Below are positions 25,015-37,133 of a stretch of 64,000 bases of DNA, in pieces. The notes under the pieces are model-generated. The model searched no databases. It saw only the letters and a list, made by a program, of their open reading frames with translations, and was not told the origin of the DNA. The first letter of the stretch is position 1. Each line of letters starts with the position of its first letter. The position numbers and the translations under genes were made by a program. The stretch comes from Eledone cirrhosa (taxonomy: Eukaryota), in NCBI GenBank assembly GCA_964016885.1, contig OZ024742.1, positions 186,744,001-186,808,000 on the forward strand, given 5' to 3'.

Positions 25015-28000
25015 TTTCTCTTTCTCTTAATTTTGAGTATATTTTTTGACCGGCCACCTTCCTGGTGGCAAGGTTGTAAAAGAAAAGAAATTGTCATCCC
25101 TTGAATCGCAAGAATGTTTTGCAAATTTTGAAGGTGCCAGCTATCGCAGCCATTTGTAGACTATGAATTAGGGAGCTGCGCTTTTTGTCCGCAAATCCAA
25201 GTTCAGTCATACTTTGGTCCAAGCGGGTTGGTATATAACCCGTAGCACCAATAATGATGGGTATGAAGCTAAAGGTGTATCTTGGATACTGGATTTGTAA
25301 ACTCCTCATCAATGGTCCGTAGATGTCCTCCTTCTCCTGTATTTTTCTGACAACGTTTACATCAAGTGGGCAGCTGATCTCCACAACAGAACACGTTTTC
25401 AATGTGTGGTCCCAAACTACAATATCAGGCCGGTTGTGCTTTAATTTGGTGGCAGTTTTTATTTTCAGGTTCCACCAGTATTCCTTAGTGCTATCTGTCT
25501 CAATATATTCTTCCTCATTTGTTGTTGATTTTGTTTTCCGAAGTGCGTTCCAGATGGTTCTAGCTATCCCATCGTGTCTCATGGGGAGGTAGTAGCGAGA
25601 TGACATTCTTTCGCAGCTGGCAACAATGTGGCTTACATCCTCGATCTTTGTTTTACATAGCCTACATTTATTGTCAGCTGCTGGCCCTCCTCTTTTGTGC
25701 AGCAGATATTTGGTAGGGAGTTCTTGTTCCTGTATTGCATAGAGATATCCCTCAAGGTGTGATGTCATAAACTTGTCGGAACTCCATGCCAGGCTTTTTG
25801 AATGGTTTATCCCCTCTATGGTCTGTGTTTTACGCCTCAAGTATCCATGCACAACTTTTTCTGTAAATTGGTCAATTTTTTTTTCTTGTTTGAACATTGA
25901 ATAGGATCTTCCGATTTCTCTGGGTGAGAGATTTATATCGGGCTTTATTCCATATCTCTCCTCCAGATCAGTCGCTATTCTAATGATATTTCTTTTTTCA
26001 TGGTCATAAACCTGGGCAAGATGGTTGCCAACCTTTTTCCTCTGTTGAAGGTGTTGCTTCAGTGTCACTATCCGGGTCTCATATGTTGTTAATATTGATT
26101 TTAGACCCCGGCCACCTTCCTTGCGTGAGAAGTATAGCCTATCCACATCACCATTGATGTTAAAGTTCCCAGTAACACTGAGAAGTTTTCGAGTTCTAAC
26201 ATCCATCTCACTTAGTTCTTGCAATGACCAGTTCAGTAGGCCAAATGTTGGCGTTAGAATTGGCACAGCATAAGTATTGTGGGCAATGTATTTGTTGTAT
26301 GCTGACAGTTCTGATGACCATATTTTCTTTACTCTTCTGAGGTATTCAGTTCTGGTTCTCTCCTTATTTATGGGTCCATCATATCTGACATTCTCATCCT
26401 GTCCAAGATATCTGTAGTTGTCACCTGACTGCAGAGGTTGTATTGTCAGGCCGTTCATATCTAGATTTCTAGAGGAGGGCACAGCTCTTCCACGTTTTAC
26501 TGCCAAATATGCACACTTGGACTCACCAAATTTCATTTTGATGTCGGTTGAAAATTGTGTAATGAGGTCCAATTGTTTCTTGATGTCATTGATATTTGGC
26601 CCATACAACTTCAGGTCATCAACAAAGAAAAGATGGGAGATACTTCTGGTCCCACTTCTTTGTCGACCTTGTTTCCTGAGTAGGTAAGATAGTGGATTCA
26701 GTGAGAGAACGAAGAGTAGCACTGACAAGCTATCACCCTGAAAGATGCCCTTCTGGTAATGTATCTTATCAGTCTTAACCTGCTCCTTCTCACCTCTAAG
26801 GATCAAACTGGTGTACCAGTTCTTGGTTAGGCGTTCAACAGCAGCTACCAATGGTTGTGGGACTTTAGCTAACTGTAAAGCCTTAACAATCCACCCATGA
26901 GGTACACTATCAAATGCTTTTTGATAGTCCAGCCACACGACAGTCATGTTTCTGCGATTCTTTGTTGTTTTTTCCTGAATCATTTTGTTAGTTAGTAGGT
27001 GATCTATGCAACCCCACACCTCCCTCTTTCCACCAGCTTGCTCAGGTGTTATGATGTTGTTGGTAGCACAGTGATCCTGTAAGAACAGGTTAAGGCACCC
27101 AGTATATAATTTATACATGATGTTTTGGCAGGCAATTGGGCGGTAATTTTTAGCAAGGGTGGTTTGGCTATTTTTGGGAATGAGGAGAGTAGAGGCAGTT
27201 GATAACCATCTGGGCAGTTCTTGTGTGCCCTTAATGGTTTCTGTAAACAGCCGTATGAGATCTTGCCGACAGAAAGTGAAATTCTTCAACCAGTATCCTG
27301 TAATGAGGTTTGGGCCTGGCGATTTCCTATTCGACATTTTCTGTAGAGCTGTTTCCAGTATTGACCCATCTATGTCATATTGTTTTGTCTGGACATGTTG
27401 GCAGTAGTCCTGTTCCAGTTCTTTTAGCCAATTAGCTTGTCTGTTGAATCCGTCATCCGTTTCCCATACAGATCTCCAGTAGCTCTCAACCTGTTCTTTT
27501 GAAGGGGTGTCATTTACAGAGATTGAGCTTTTGCCACCGAAGCTGCGATAAACTGATTTAGGATCTCTGGCAAACAATCTATTTAGCACTTGTCGTTTAT
27601 GTGCTGTTGACTTATATTTTAGTCTTTCTGTTGTAGCTGTGAGTTGTTGTTTCAACTGGTGTAATTTGGAGTTCAAAGTTTTAACTTTTGTATCTCCAAA
27701 TCTTCTCTCTAACTTTTTCTTTAGGTCTTCCTGGTGTTGTGTGAAGTTGCTCTCTATGTTGCATTTCATAACGACTGCGATGTGTGAGATACTTCGTCTC
27801 AGGGACAAAATTTTGGTTTTTAAATTTCGCATCCACGCTGGTTCAGGCTTTCTGTTTGTATCTTGATTGCGTGGTTTTAGATGTGTGTTATATGCTAGCA
27901 ATGTGACAGCTGAAACATATAACAAAACATTAAGCGTTTCAAATGTCGTTTCTACACCTTTAGATCGTATAGCCTTCAGATAATTGCCAGCTATTTCGTT

Positions 28001-29040
28001 CACCGCTTCCAATTCCAATTTAGTGGGTTCTTTACTGACTCTAGTGTTGTATGGTCTGTCACTCACATTAAGGCTGTGTATCTCTTGAAACATATCATTC
28101 CATATCACTTGTAGGGAGCCCACAAGTTTTTGGTGCTCTGTTTGTTCAGTAGAGTCATGAATTTCAGCCTCGTTGTTGATGTGGTGACAATTACTACTAG
28201 AGTCAGCTGACCTTTCTCGCTGTTCTTCAGTGGAAGTGGGATGAATTTCAGCAAAATTGTTGGTGAGCTGTTCACTGTTAGATTTAGCTGGCCATTCTCT
28301 TTGTCTGTCAGTGGAGGTGGGGTGGTTGTCTACAAGGGCTGTATTTGTAGTATCACTCGATTCCGTTAGATGTATCAATTTACATCTAATGATACGTTTT
28401 GCCTGTTCATTTAAATGCTTTGGAGAAAAGTCTAATTCTGGGTGTTTGGAGTTCCATAAAGTTTTTAGCCTTTGCATAAAACCGAACTTTTGGGGTTCAG
28501 ATTGTTTGTATGCTTCATATAATACTTTGTTAAGCTCGTAGGTCCACTGTGTACAACGGTTGTAATTGCGATTTGGTCGAAGGAGACTTGTACTTTTTGC
28601 CATGATGAGTTCGTCTATTCACTAATATTTCGTATTTATTTTTCAAAATAGTCGATGATATTCTTTAAAAGTTACGACAAAGTTCTGTCAGAATCAAATT
28701 TAAAGTTATTCACAGCTTGAGTAATATTTCTTTTCAGTTAGTTTTTAATTCTACAGCTGTGTTTTATATAAATGTAATATTTCTTTATAAATGTAATATA
28801 ACAACGTTGCATTTATATGTTAAAGTGTATGTATCGTTCATATATCATAAGTGTATGTATCGTTCATATAAATAGGTGTTTTACAACACACTTACAGTTC
28901 AAACACTTATGTAGAATTATTGTATGTAATCTTACCGCGTAATGTAGCTCAACTTTTTCCAATATATGGTATGTTGCCTTCATGTAAGCCGTAATTACAC
29001 ACGTCCGATTATCGGACACTGACCACAACGGTCGCCATTT
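25015..29040 (-). mobile_element. R4/Dong-clade RLE non-LTR retrotransposon, family B, full length
   Basis: Single intact ORF, ~80-nt 3' UTR, (CATA)n at 24990-25014, TATG-like repeats beyond the 5' end. Confidence 0.95.
25094..28603 (-). CDS. Reverse transcriptase / CCHC / restriction-like endonuclease polyprotein (1169 aa)
   Basis: KSPG, NYRPIAC, WLDYQKAFDSVPH, GIFQGDSLS, HLFFVDDLKLY; CRLC..EDVSHIVASC; RHD; HNRPDIVVWD...VEISCP...K. Confidence 0.96.
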   Translation of the reverse strand: MAKSTSLLRPNRNYNRCTQWTYELNKVLYEAYKQSEPQKFGFMQRLKTLWNSKHPELDFSPKHLNEQAKRIIRCKLIHLTESSDTTNTALVDNHPTSTDRQREWPAKSNSEQLTNNFAEIHPTSTEEQRERSADSSSNCHHINNEAEIHDSTEQTEHQKLVGSLQVIWNDMFQEIHSLNVSDRPYNTRVSKEPTKLELEAVNEIAGNYLKAIRSKGVETTFETLNVLLYVSAVTLLAYNTHLKPRNQDTNRKPEPAWMRNLKTKILSLRRSISHIAVVMKCNIESNFTQHQEDLKKKLERRFGDTKVKTLNSKLHQLKQQLTATTERLKYKSTAHKRQVLNRLFARDPKSVYRSFGGKSSISVNDTPSKEQVESYWRSVWETDDGFNRQANWLKELEQDYCQHVQTKQYDIDGSILETALQKMSNRKSPGPNLITGYWLKNFTFCRQDLIRLFTETIKGTQELPRWLSTASTLLIPKNSQTTLAKNYRPIACQNIMYKLYTGCLNLFLQDHCATNNIITPEQAGGKREVWGCIDHLLTNKMIQEKTTKNRRNMTVVWLDYQKAFDSVPHGWIVKALQLAKVPQPLVAAVERLTKNWYTSLILRGEKEQVKTDKIHYQKGIFQGDSLSVLLFVLSLNPLSYLLRKQGRQRSGTRSISHLFFVDDLKLYGPNINDIKKQLDLITQFSTDIKMKFGESKCAYLAVKRGRAVPSSRNLDMNGLTIQPLQSGDNYRYLGQDENVRYDGPINKERTRTEYLRRVKKIWSSELSAYNKYIAHNTYAVPILTPTFGLLNWSLQELSEMDVRTRKLLSVTGNFNINGDVDRLYFSRKEGGRGLKSILTTYETRIVTLKQHLQQRKKVGNHLAQVYDHEKRNIIRIATDLEERYGIKPDINLSPREIGRSYSMFKQEKKIDQFTEKVVHGYLRRKTQTIEGINHSKSLAWSSDKFMTSHLEGYLYAIQEQELPTKYLLHKRGGPAADNKCRLCKTKIEDVSHIVASCERMSSRYYLPMRHDGIARTIWNALRKTKSTTNEEEYIETDSTKEYWWNLKIKTATKLKHNRPDIVVWDHTLKTCSVVEISCPLDVNVVRKIQEKEDIYGPLMRSLQIQYPRYTFSFIPIIIGATGYIPTRLDQSMTELGFADKKRSSLIHSLQMAAIAGTFKICKTFLRFKG

Positions 29041-29165
29041 TATATATGTATATGTATATTTATATATGTATGTATGTATTTTATATATGTAACAGTCGCC
29101 ATTTTATATATGTATATGTATATTTATATATGTATGTATGTATTTTATATATGTATATGTATATT

Positions 29166-29199
<34 letters not shown>

Positions 29200-29404
29200 T
29201 GTATGTATGTATGTATGTATGTATGTATGTATGTGTCTATGTATGTGTCTATGTATATATATATATATGTATATATGTTTTGTCTATGTATGTGTGTATG
29301 TATGCATGTATGCATCTATCATGTTCGTATATATATGTATGTTTTTGAATATATGTGTATGTATGTGTGCATGCATGTACGTATGTATGTATTAATGTAT
29401 GTAT
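29041..29404. repeat. (TATG)n-derived microsatellite field
   Basis: Direct reading; includes a ~65-bp local duplication containing GTCGCCATTTT. Confidence 0.9.
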
Positions 29405-29480
29405 GTCAGGTCGCTCTTGAGCGCTACAGGTAACATGTATCCCAGTACAACATGTGCTTTGTCGGGTCGTCCATGACTTC
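29405..29480 (+). mobile_element. 5' fragment of a diverged RTE-derived element
   Basis: GTCAGGTC...GGTAACATGTATCCCAGTACAAC matches 3225-3271. Confidence 0.7.
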
Positions 29481-29540
29481 CAAATGACCAGACATATTGC
29501 TTATTTTTTTTTGTATATCATACATATATATATATATTAA

Positions 29541-30044
29541 TCTATAACTCTATAAAGTTAACTGTCTCTAATACATAAACAGAAGAAATCACCTCCCACT
29601 GAAGGAAGTCGTTATTCCAATGTCTTGGAATTACTAATGTTTCATCTCGAGTTCCATAAAACATGGTCTAAAAGTCTGTGATTGCTTGCTTGCTTGTCTG
29701 TAATGTAATACAGCCAGTCGAGCGCATAATGGGAAACTCACCGAAAGGAAGTTGCCGCTGAAATGGGAATAAAAATGGAATAAAACAAGTTTCGCGTAAA
29801 TCGGACCACGGATTCTCGAGATATGGCGTTTTATGGGTACCTTCATAAATAGAGAGAGAGGGAGAGAGAAGGAGACAGAGAAGGAGAATAGAAGAGAAAG
29901 AGAGAAAGAGAGAGAGGGGGAGAGCTGGTGGAGTTATGTATATACATATGTGAGTGTGTGTGTATATGTGCGTGTGTGTGTCTATAACCAGTGTATATAG
30001 ATCACAGACACCCACATATATATATATATATAAAAAAACACACA

Positions 30045-30126
<82 letters not shown>

Positions 30127-30248
30127 CACACACGTATATATATGGGCCTTCCGGTTTCATTTCACATTATATACATGTCTGTGTATATTTTAATTATCTA
30201 AAAAATCTTTTGAAGTGAACGTGAGCCAAAAGGTCCCGGGTGGTCTAG
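29541..30248 (+). mobile_element. Non-autonomous Helitron
   Basis: A|TCTATAACTCTATAAAG start, CTAG|T end with GC-rich subterminal segment; internal microsatellites. Confidence 0.6.
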
Positions 30249-30349
30249 TATAAATTAAAAGGGATTTTTTTTTGCCTATCTGGCTTATATCGCCCGCCTC
30301 CATTGAGATTTTGGCTTAAATTTAATATATATATATATATATATATTTC

Positions 30350-30607
30350 GTTTCTGAATTTGTTTAGCAAGATTCTTTATCTGAAAACGTGTGTTGAAAC
30401 CGATATTGTTATACTGTGGGAGGGTCATGTTGCCAATAAGAAACACATGCACCAGTGCTTTCACTCCAATTTATTATAAATTAAAAATCGGACCGAGGAA
30501 ACAATGTTTCCCTTGGTCTTTCCAGTTGCTAGTACTATCTATGGGTCGCAACTCCAGGTAGAAGGAGCAACGGGAAATAAAGTGTCTTTGCTCAAGGGCA
30601 TAACGCA
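30350..30607 (-). mobile_element. SINE family S2, 5'-truncated
   Basis: Shares ATCGGACCGAGGAAACAATGTTTCC...GAAATAAAGTGTCTT...CATAACGC with 32753-32865. Confidence 0.65.
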
Positions 30608-30710
30608 TTTAATATGCTTGTGCACATGAACACTCACGCGCGCGCGCACACACACACGCACAAATATATATATATATGTTAAAGTTGGGGTTGTGTAAAT
30701 GTAAAATATA

Positions 30711-30886
30711 AATAATTGTTTCTACTTTTGGCACAAGTTCCAGCAATTTTTCCCAGTATATTATTTTATCGACCCCATAAGGATGAAAGGCAAAGTTAAC
30801 CTCGGCGGGATTTGAACTCAGAAAATAAAGGGCCGTAAATCTTTGCTTGCAAAGCATGGCGTCTGACCCTCTACCGATACTGCCAT
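30711..30886 (-). mobile_element. tRNA-derived SINE (S1)
   Basis: Homologous to the other S1 copies. Confidence 0.88.
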
Positions 30887-30989
30887 ACGGGATGAAAGAC
30901 TCAATAATTGTAGTGAGATTGACATTTATTATAGATATTCAACCTGTCTAGTTTCCACCTCTAACTCTCGGAGTTTTCCTCTAACTCTA

Positions 30990-31178
30990 AATTTCCCTTA
31001 ATTCTGTATCTCCAGAGACTTGATTTTATTAAATACACAAAAATATAGGAACATACAATCTGAAGGGGATAATAGGGAAACGACGGACCCCCTAAACATT
31101 CGAACATCATAGTATTACTGAAGAAAGCCGTATAGGAGGATAGGCTGAAAGGTTCATAGGCTGACGATAAAGGAGTGA
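30990..31178 (-). pseudogene. Small PLE RT-thumb relic
   Basis: YRQPMNLSAYPPIR...MFRGSVVSLLS resembles the PLE YRKPxN..Y thumb motif; short and degraded. Confidence 0.35.
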
Positions 31179-31181
31179 TAC

Positions 31182-31602
31182 TAGAGCTGTTACATCTTGC
31201 ATGCATTAATTTCAACTCTTCTTATTAATAACTGCACTGTTTTTCCAGGGACTATGTAGTAAAATAAACCTCATTTGGTCATTCCATGAGAGTATCTTGG
31301 TCAGCTTATGAAGGAGGGATGTTAGAGCTGTGAAATCTTGCATACATTAATTTTAAATCTTCGTATTAATAACTGCATTGTTTCTTTCCAGGGACTTTGT
31401 TGAAAAATATACTTCATTTAGTTATTCCTTAAGAGTATCTTTGTCAGCTTATGAAGGAGGGATGCTATCGCTGTGAAATATTGCATGCATTAATTTCAAC
31501 TCTTCTTATTAATAAGTGCATTGTTTCTTTCCAAGGACTATGTTGAAAAATATACCTCATTTGGTCATTCATTCCATGAGAGTATCTTGGTCAGCTCATG
31601 AA
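31182..31602. repeat. ~142-bp tandem repeat, 3 copies
   Basis: Repeating gctgt..atcttgcatgcattaatttcaactcttcttattaataa...gagagtatcttggtcagcttatgaa. Confidence 0.9.
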
Positions 31603-31683
31603 CTTTTCAACCCACTCTCGTATCGCTAGACCGATATAACGACACGCAAATTTTAAGACAACAACGTTATTATAGCTATGTAT

Positions 31684-31767
<84 letters not shown>

Positions 31768-32159
31768 TGGCGGTGGGGTGAAATAATATATGGCATTATA
31801 AACACATGATATATTGAAATGACAAGCATCTATAGAATATTAAATTAGATAATTACATTAATGAATGAAAAAATATCTAGAGGTGTAAATATGAATATAT
31901 ATATTTACATTTTATAGTGTATATAAACAACTACAGGTTAAAACTTGGCTGACAATTAAGAGCTGATATAAGTAAACAAATCGACGTTTATCATCAGTTA
32001 TTGTATGGCTTAACAATCTTTAGGTCATACAATATATATTTTTTATAGAAGAATTACTGTTTTACTAAAGTTATTATGGGTAAATGGCAATGTATTTATG
32101 AGAGAAACTAATGTTATTAATGTTGAAAATAAATTAGCATAGGATTAATAGGCACAAAT

Positions 32160-32237
<78 letters not shown>

Positions 32238-32244
32238 TAAATAT

Positions 32245-32468
32245 AACAAAGAGGGTGTGTTAAGATACTAGATGGACCATAAAACACCAGAGTATTCAAT
32301 ACTTAGGGTAGTAGAGAGTGGATAATAGGAAAAGAGTCAGGACCCCGACGGTGGGGCCCGGGCCGTTTCGACAGCTAGATCCGAACTAACTATTAGCCTG
32401 CTAATACTGTTGGCTTAGTTCGGATCGAAACGGCCGGAGCTCAGCCGTCTGGGTCCTGATTCTTTTCA
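32245..32468. mobile_element. PLE-like 3'-end fold-back (family PD) between (TA)n tracts
   Basis: Inverted GAAAAGAGTCAGGACCC...GGCCGTTTCGA / TCGAAACGGCC...GGGTCCTGATTCTTTTC; relatives at 13340-13415 and 39150-39238. Confidence 0.55.
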
Positions 32469-32734
32469 TATATATATATATATACATAAAATGAACCCAC
32501 CAGGTGGGTTCATTGGTGTAATGGTAGCATACTTTTCCAGCAAACAAAAGGCGTGGCTTCAACTCCCATGTGTGCTGATGCCCATCTCTGATTTACTTTA
32601 TTAGATTTGCATAGCCAAATTGTAGTATTATAAAATGAAATATTGTTATAGAACACCAAATACAAGAGTAGACATTTTATACCTGTTTCAAATATCCATA
32701 ACTGTACCAAGGATATATATATATATATATACAG

Positions 32735-32929
32735 GCGATCGACTTTCGTCAAATCGGACCGAGGAAACAATGTTTCCATTGGGCTTTCCAATTGCTAATA
32801 CTCTCTATAGAAAGAGGTAGAAAGAGCAACGTGAAATAAAGTGTCTTGATGAAGGACATAACGCATCACCCGGTCTCACAACCTCACGATTGCGAATCCA
32901 ATTCTCTTACCACTCAGCCACGTGCCTCC

Positions 32930-32930
<1 letters not shown>
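32735..32930 (-). mobile_element. tRNA-derived SINE family S2
   Basis: Minus strand GGAGGCACGTGGCTGAGTGGTAAGAG tRNA-like head followed by GTCCTT..CAAGACACTTTATTTCAC core. Confidence 0.7.
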
Positions 32931-33003
<73 letters not shown>

Positions 33004-33060
33004 TATATACATATATATATATATATATATACGTATATATATATATACACATATATATAT

Positions 33061-33101
<41 letters not shown>

Positions 33102-36100
33102 CTAGCAGCCATAGCCGGTGTTGCCCAGGTGTCTACCATTAATAAATAATTTGTTTAAAGAGAAAACAACATAGCACGAACCCCCCAAAAACATTTATTT
33201 TTAACCATAAAAAGTATGTGTTGTTCGATGTAAAAACGGTAAAATGTTATGGCACATGAAAGATGAATGAATGTAAAAGTTTGACGTTCACACGGTGAAG
33301 CTCTAAACGCGAACTATGCCACAAGGAAGTCAGCAACCCCAAAGTGAGTCACATGGAATTTATGATAATAAAGTGGGATGTTTGGCAATTCAGGGACTGA
33401 AGTCGTTGCGGGCTGACGGAGATAATGTATGACGACTTTGAGTGAAAGGTACAAATGAGGGGGTGCCATACTTTTGCTACAGTAGAAACGTAAATTTTTC
33501 GTTATGCATTGCGTATATGTAGGCATTCTAATGATTTATGTAGTTTGAAATGCTTACCATTCTGTATAGTTGTGGTTGCCAATAGAAACTGTGACGTTGT
33601 TTTCCTTAGACTGATTACAGTGACATAGACCAAACATGAAGGACGCTCAAAATTCCTCAACACAAATTCTGCACCAACCTCGATTGCAAAAGTAACAGAG
33701 AATAACGAATAGCGATTATTACGCCAAAAGAAAAATGCTGAAGCAACTTCTATTGCACGAGATGCAGAAAACGAAACACAACGTTCGATGCAACAGCAAA
33801 TAAATGCTTAGGAAACTGCTGCGGCTTGAGGTGCAGAAAACGATTCTCAACCCTCACTGCAACAGAAAGCAAATATTGAGACAACGTCTATCGCAGGAGA
33901 TGCAGAGAACAAACCACAGCGTTCATTACGGCGGCATAGAAATGCTGAGTCAACTTCCGCAGCTCGAGCTGCATCAACCGAAACACAGCGTCAACTGCGG
34001 CAGCAAAGAACTGTCAGTCAACGTCTGCTGTTTGAGCTGTATCAACCGAAACATAGTATCAACTGCGGCAGCAAAGACATGTGAATCAAGATCTGCTGCA
34101 CGCGCTGGTTAATCCATGGAAAACTGGCTCAACCAACCAGAGGGGAACGTGCATTTCAATACCGTGCAGCTCAAAGTGGTCACAACGTTTAAAGTCGAAA
34201 AGTATGGTGTTATGAATTTCAAAAAGGTGTCTACAATTTGGTAATTATTGAAAGCAGCGAGGTATTTTATTGTTAGAAGACGGTTTGTGTCGCAGTGTTG
34301 ATTACAGAACTTCTTGGTACACAATATTTGTGGTTTTACCGTTTGGAGCAAATGCATAAATGTTTCTTTTGCTTCCCACTCTGGAACATCCATCGTATAG
34401 CTGACCGTGCGAAAAGCATGGCTCTTCTAGGTTTATTACCGCGACGGACAATGTTTGCCCCTGAGACTAATTTATCGTCATAGCGAAACTACTATGAACT
34501 GGTAAGTAGAGCCTCCTAAATGAAAAGGGGATCTCTGATGTTGACGGACAAAGGGGAATCCTTGGGATAAAAACATTTTCCTCTTTCCACACCCCGAGAG
34601 AATCGTCGCCTCAATCAAGTTTTGCGTTAGTTTATTTACTGTAAGGCGGGTGCCGTTGCAGAGTTTTGGTGGGTGTAGATTCCTCAAAAGCATAATTGGG
34701 TATCCTTGCTTAAGTTCCAATCGATGAGATGGCAACCCGGTGGGGTTCAATGAGTTAAGAAACTAAATTGGGTAGTTAATGGGGTCTGTGACTGTATCGA
34801 TGGACTTGTATGTACACGAAGCTGTAGGAAGAGACTTAAGCAGTTGTCCGTTGATTTTGTCGGCAATCTCATTTTTCGGAGCCAGTATTGCCCTTTCACA
34901 CAGCCAGTTTGGATTTTGGTAGTTAGTGCTCAACTCAGGGAATACTGCATCTGTCAAGGGGTCAGCACTGTCGACTAAAGTGCAGACCGGTTCGAGGGAG
35001 ATGTTTTCATCTTCATCAATTGGCACTTTGCCGTTCCCAAGTGTCAATAGGTTGGTAGCAAACTCTGATGACACTTGGTCACCAAGCATCCGAGCTCTCA
35101 TGTTCGTAGAGAGCGTTAATGTTGTGACATAACGCCAAAGCGGAGATGACTTTAAGCATGCTCGAATAGCATCAGCCCTTGTTCCTTTGGGAATAACATG
35201 GAGGGTTTGTCTAAAATCTCCGGATAAAAGGAGTCACGCCTCCTATGGGATCCTGGGTGTCTCTTATGTCTCTTAAAGTCCGGTCCAGTGCCTCCAAAGC
35301 TCCTTTATGAGCCATGGTACATTCGTCCCAAACTATAAGTTCACACCTTTTAAGCAGTTCTGCCTTTTCTGATCATTTGGTAATATTACAGCAGGGTGTG
35401 TCATTTGCTGTCATATTGAGAGGAAGTTTGAAGGCTGAATGTGCTGTCCTGCCCCCAGGAAGCAAGGTTGCTGCAATACCGGAAGACGCAACAGCAAGTG
35501 CTATGTGTCTGTGTTGTCGAACCTTGGCAAGGAGAAGCCGTATGACAAAAGTCTTCCCTGTGCCTCCAGGGGCGTCCAAAAAGAGATTCCTCCCGTACGA
35601 CGGTGGAGACAGTCAGCAATAGTGTTATATGCTCGTTCCTGTTCCTGCAGCAGCATTGGTTCATGTTCAGTGACATTTGTAACGAAGCTGTCAGTGTCGT
35701 AGGATAGTTCCCGAAGTATTTCTGCGGAAATGACGTCGGTGCCTGTTCTGTTGGTTTGGGGCTGGCCATATGTCTGCAGTGCATTCCCACCCATTGCAGC
35801 AATCATATTTTCAATTTCAATAAGTGCTTTGTTGTAGATTTCATCTGTGAAGCCTACTTCCATGTCAGGAAGTTGTAATTGAGCTTCATGTCTGAAGTCC
35901 TCGGAGAGGTCATCTCTGTGCTTGAGCCACAAGAAGGAAGGATCGGGCAATTCACAAATGTACAGTAAGACAGCAAAAAAGCTTCCTATGGCTGTGCGGC
36001 ATTTGTGAAACAACTGCTTCTGCCAAAGTGGCATCCCACTGAGCACCATCATCCAGTAGTACACGCCGGAGGCAGGCCTCTCTGTACATGTCGCAAATTT

Positions 36101-36375
36101 GGCCATCAACAGTTCTTAGGTGTTGAAAACTGGTTGGTCCTCTTACGTCATAGAGAAGCATACGCAGGTAGTAACATTCTTGGTAGATGGAGGGCACTGT
36201 GTAAACTCGTGCCAGGCAGCTGTCAAAGCTTTCACCTTTGATTCTTGGCTTCCATGAATATTTTTCCCATTTGTAGAAGAGGGGACTTGGGGATACAGAA
36301 ACGTGCGAGTGAATGCGTCGTCTTGACATAGTTGAAATAATGCAGTAAGAGATGTGTTCCTTGGTTGCAGAGCCC
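33102..36375 (-). mobile_element. Helitron, degenerate autonomous-type, 5' part missing
   Basis: Hairpin plus CTAG|T 3' end at 33102-33130; RepHel remnants at 34500-36370. Confidence 0.88.
34500..36370 (-). pseudogene. Helitron RepHel Pif1-like helicase pseudogene
   Basis: [75 protein letters not shown]; many frameshifts. Confidence 0.93.
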
Positions 36376-36379
36376 TCAG

Positions 36380-37115
36380 AAAAGCTGTTTGTTTTGTATA
36401 TTGTCTTCTAAGCTTATAGATCATTTAATTTTATTTTCATTCACCTTATCTTATTTTACTTTATTTTATCTTAATAATACATTTTAATAAATTTTTCGCA
36501 CATGTTAATAAATCCTTCACTATATAAATCCTAAATATATAAACCCTAAATAAATAGTATACTTAATTTCTATATCTGTAATCATAAACATCATCATTCA
36601 TAAACCTCATTAATTTTTTAATTTATTTATAAATTTACAACCGTTTTTTCAGTTATTTCTCTGTGGAGACAGCGTTTTTCAGTTTAAATGTTTATCTCTC
36701 TCTCTTTCTATCCTTTCTCTTTCTCTCTCCTTCCTCCTTCTTATACTCTTCCTCCATTATCCTTTCCTTCTTTTCTCCTTTTTTCCTTTCTTCCTCTTCC
36801 TTCCCTTTTTTCCCCTTCCTTCCCTTTTTCCCAATCTCCTATATCCTTTTAAATTTATTTATCATATATTGATTAGACACTACCTTGCTCACAAGTGTTT
36901 TTTTAAAGCTTCATATCATGTTTCCATATTTTATCTGATGAGAACGCAAATATCGTCCCAGGATGATATTTGTTTTTGAAATGCGCATACATGGAACTTT
37001 TTAAACCATCTTTTAATTTCTTCTTATATATACTCCAGTCCAATAAACTGTTGAGAGCTACTTATCCGATATTTGCATTACTTTATTGAGCTACAATAAA
37101 ACCCACCTCCTACAT
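36380..37115 (+). mobile_element. PLE 3' UTR remnant with hammerhead, ending at (TA)n
   Basis: Pyrimidine-rich UTR, hammerhead, terminal segment loosely resembling family PA. Confidence 0.55.
36921..36996 (+). ncRNA. Type-I hammerhead ribozyme
   Basis: CTGATGA 36935-36941, stem II GCAAATATCGTCC/GGATGATATTTGT, GAAA 36978-36981, palindromic TGCGCA, AUA; TTCCAT/ATGGAA distal stem I. Confidence 0.75.
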
Positions 37116-37133
37116 TATATATATATATATATA

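Noticed and set aside
32503-32575. tRNA gene
   Set aside because: A- and B-box-like motifs are present but there is no convincing cloverleaf; more likely a decayed SINE head.
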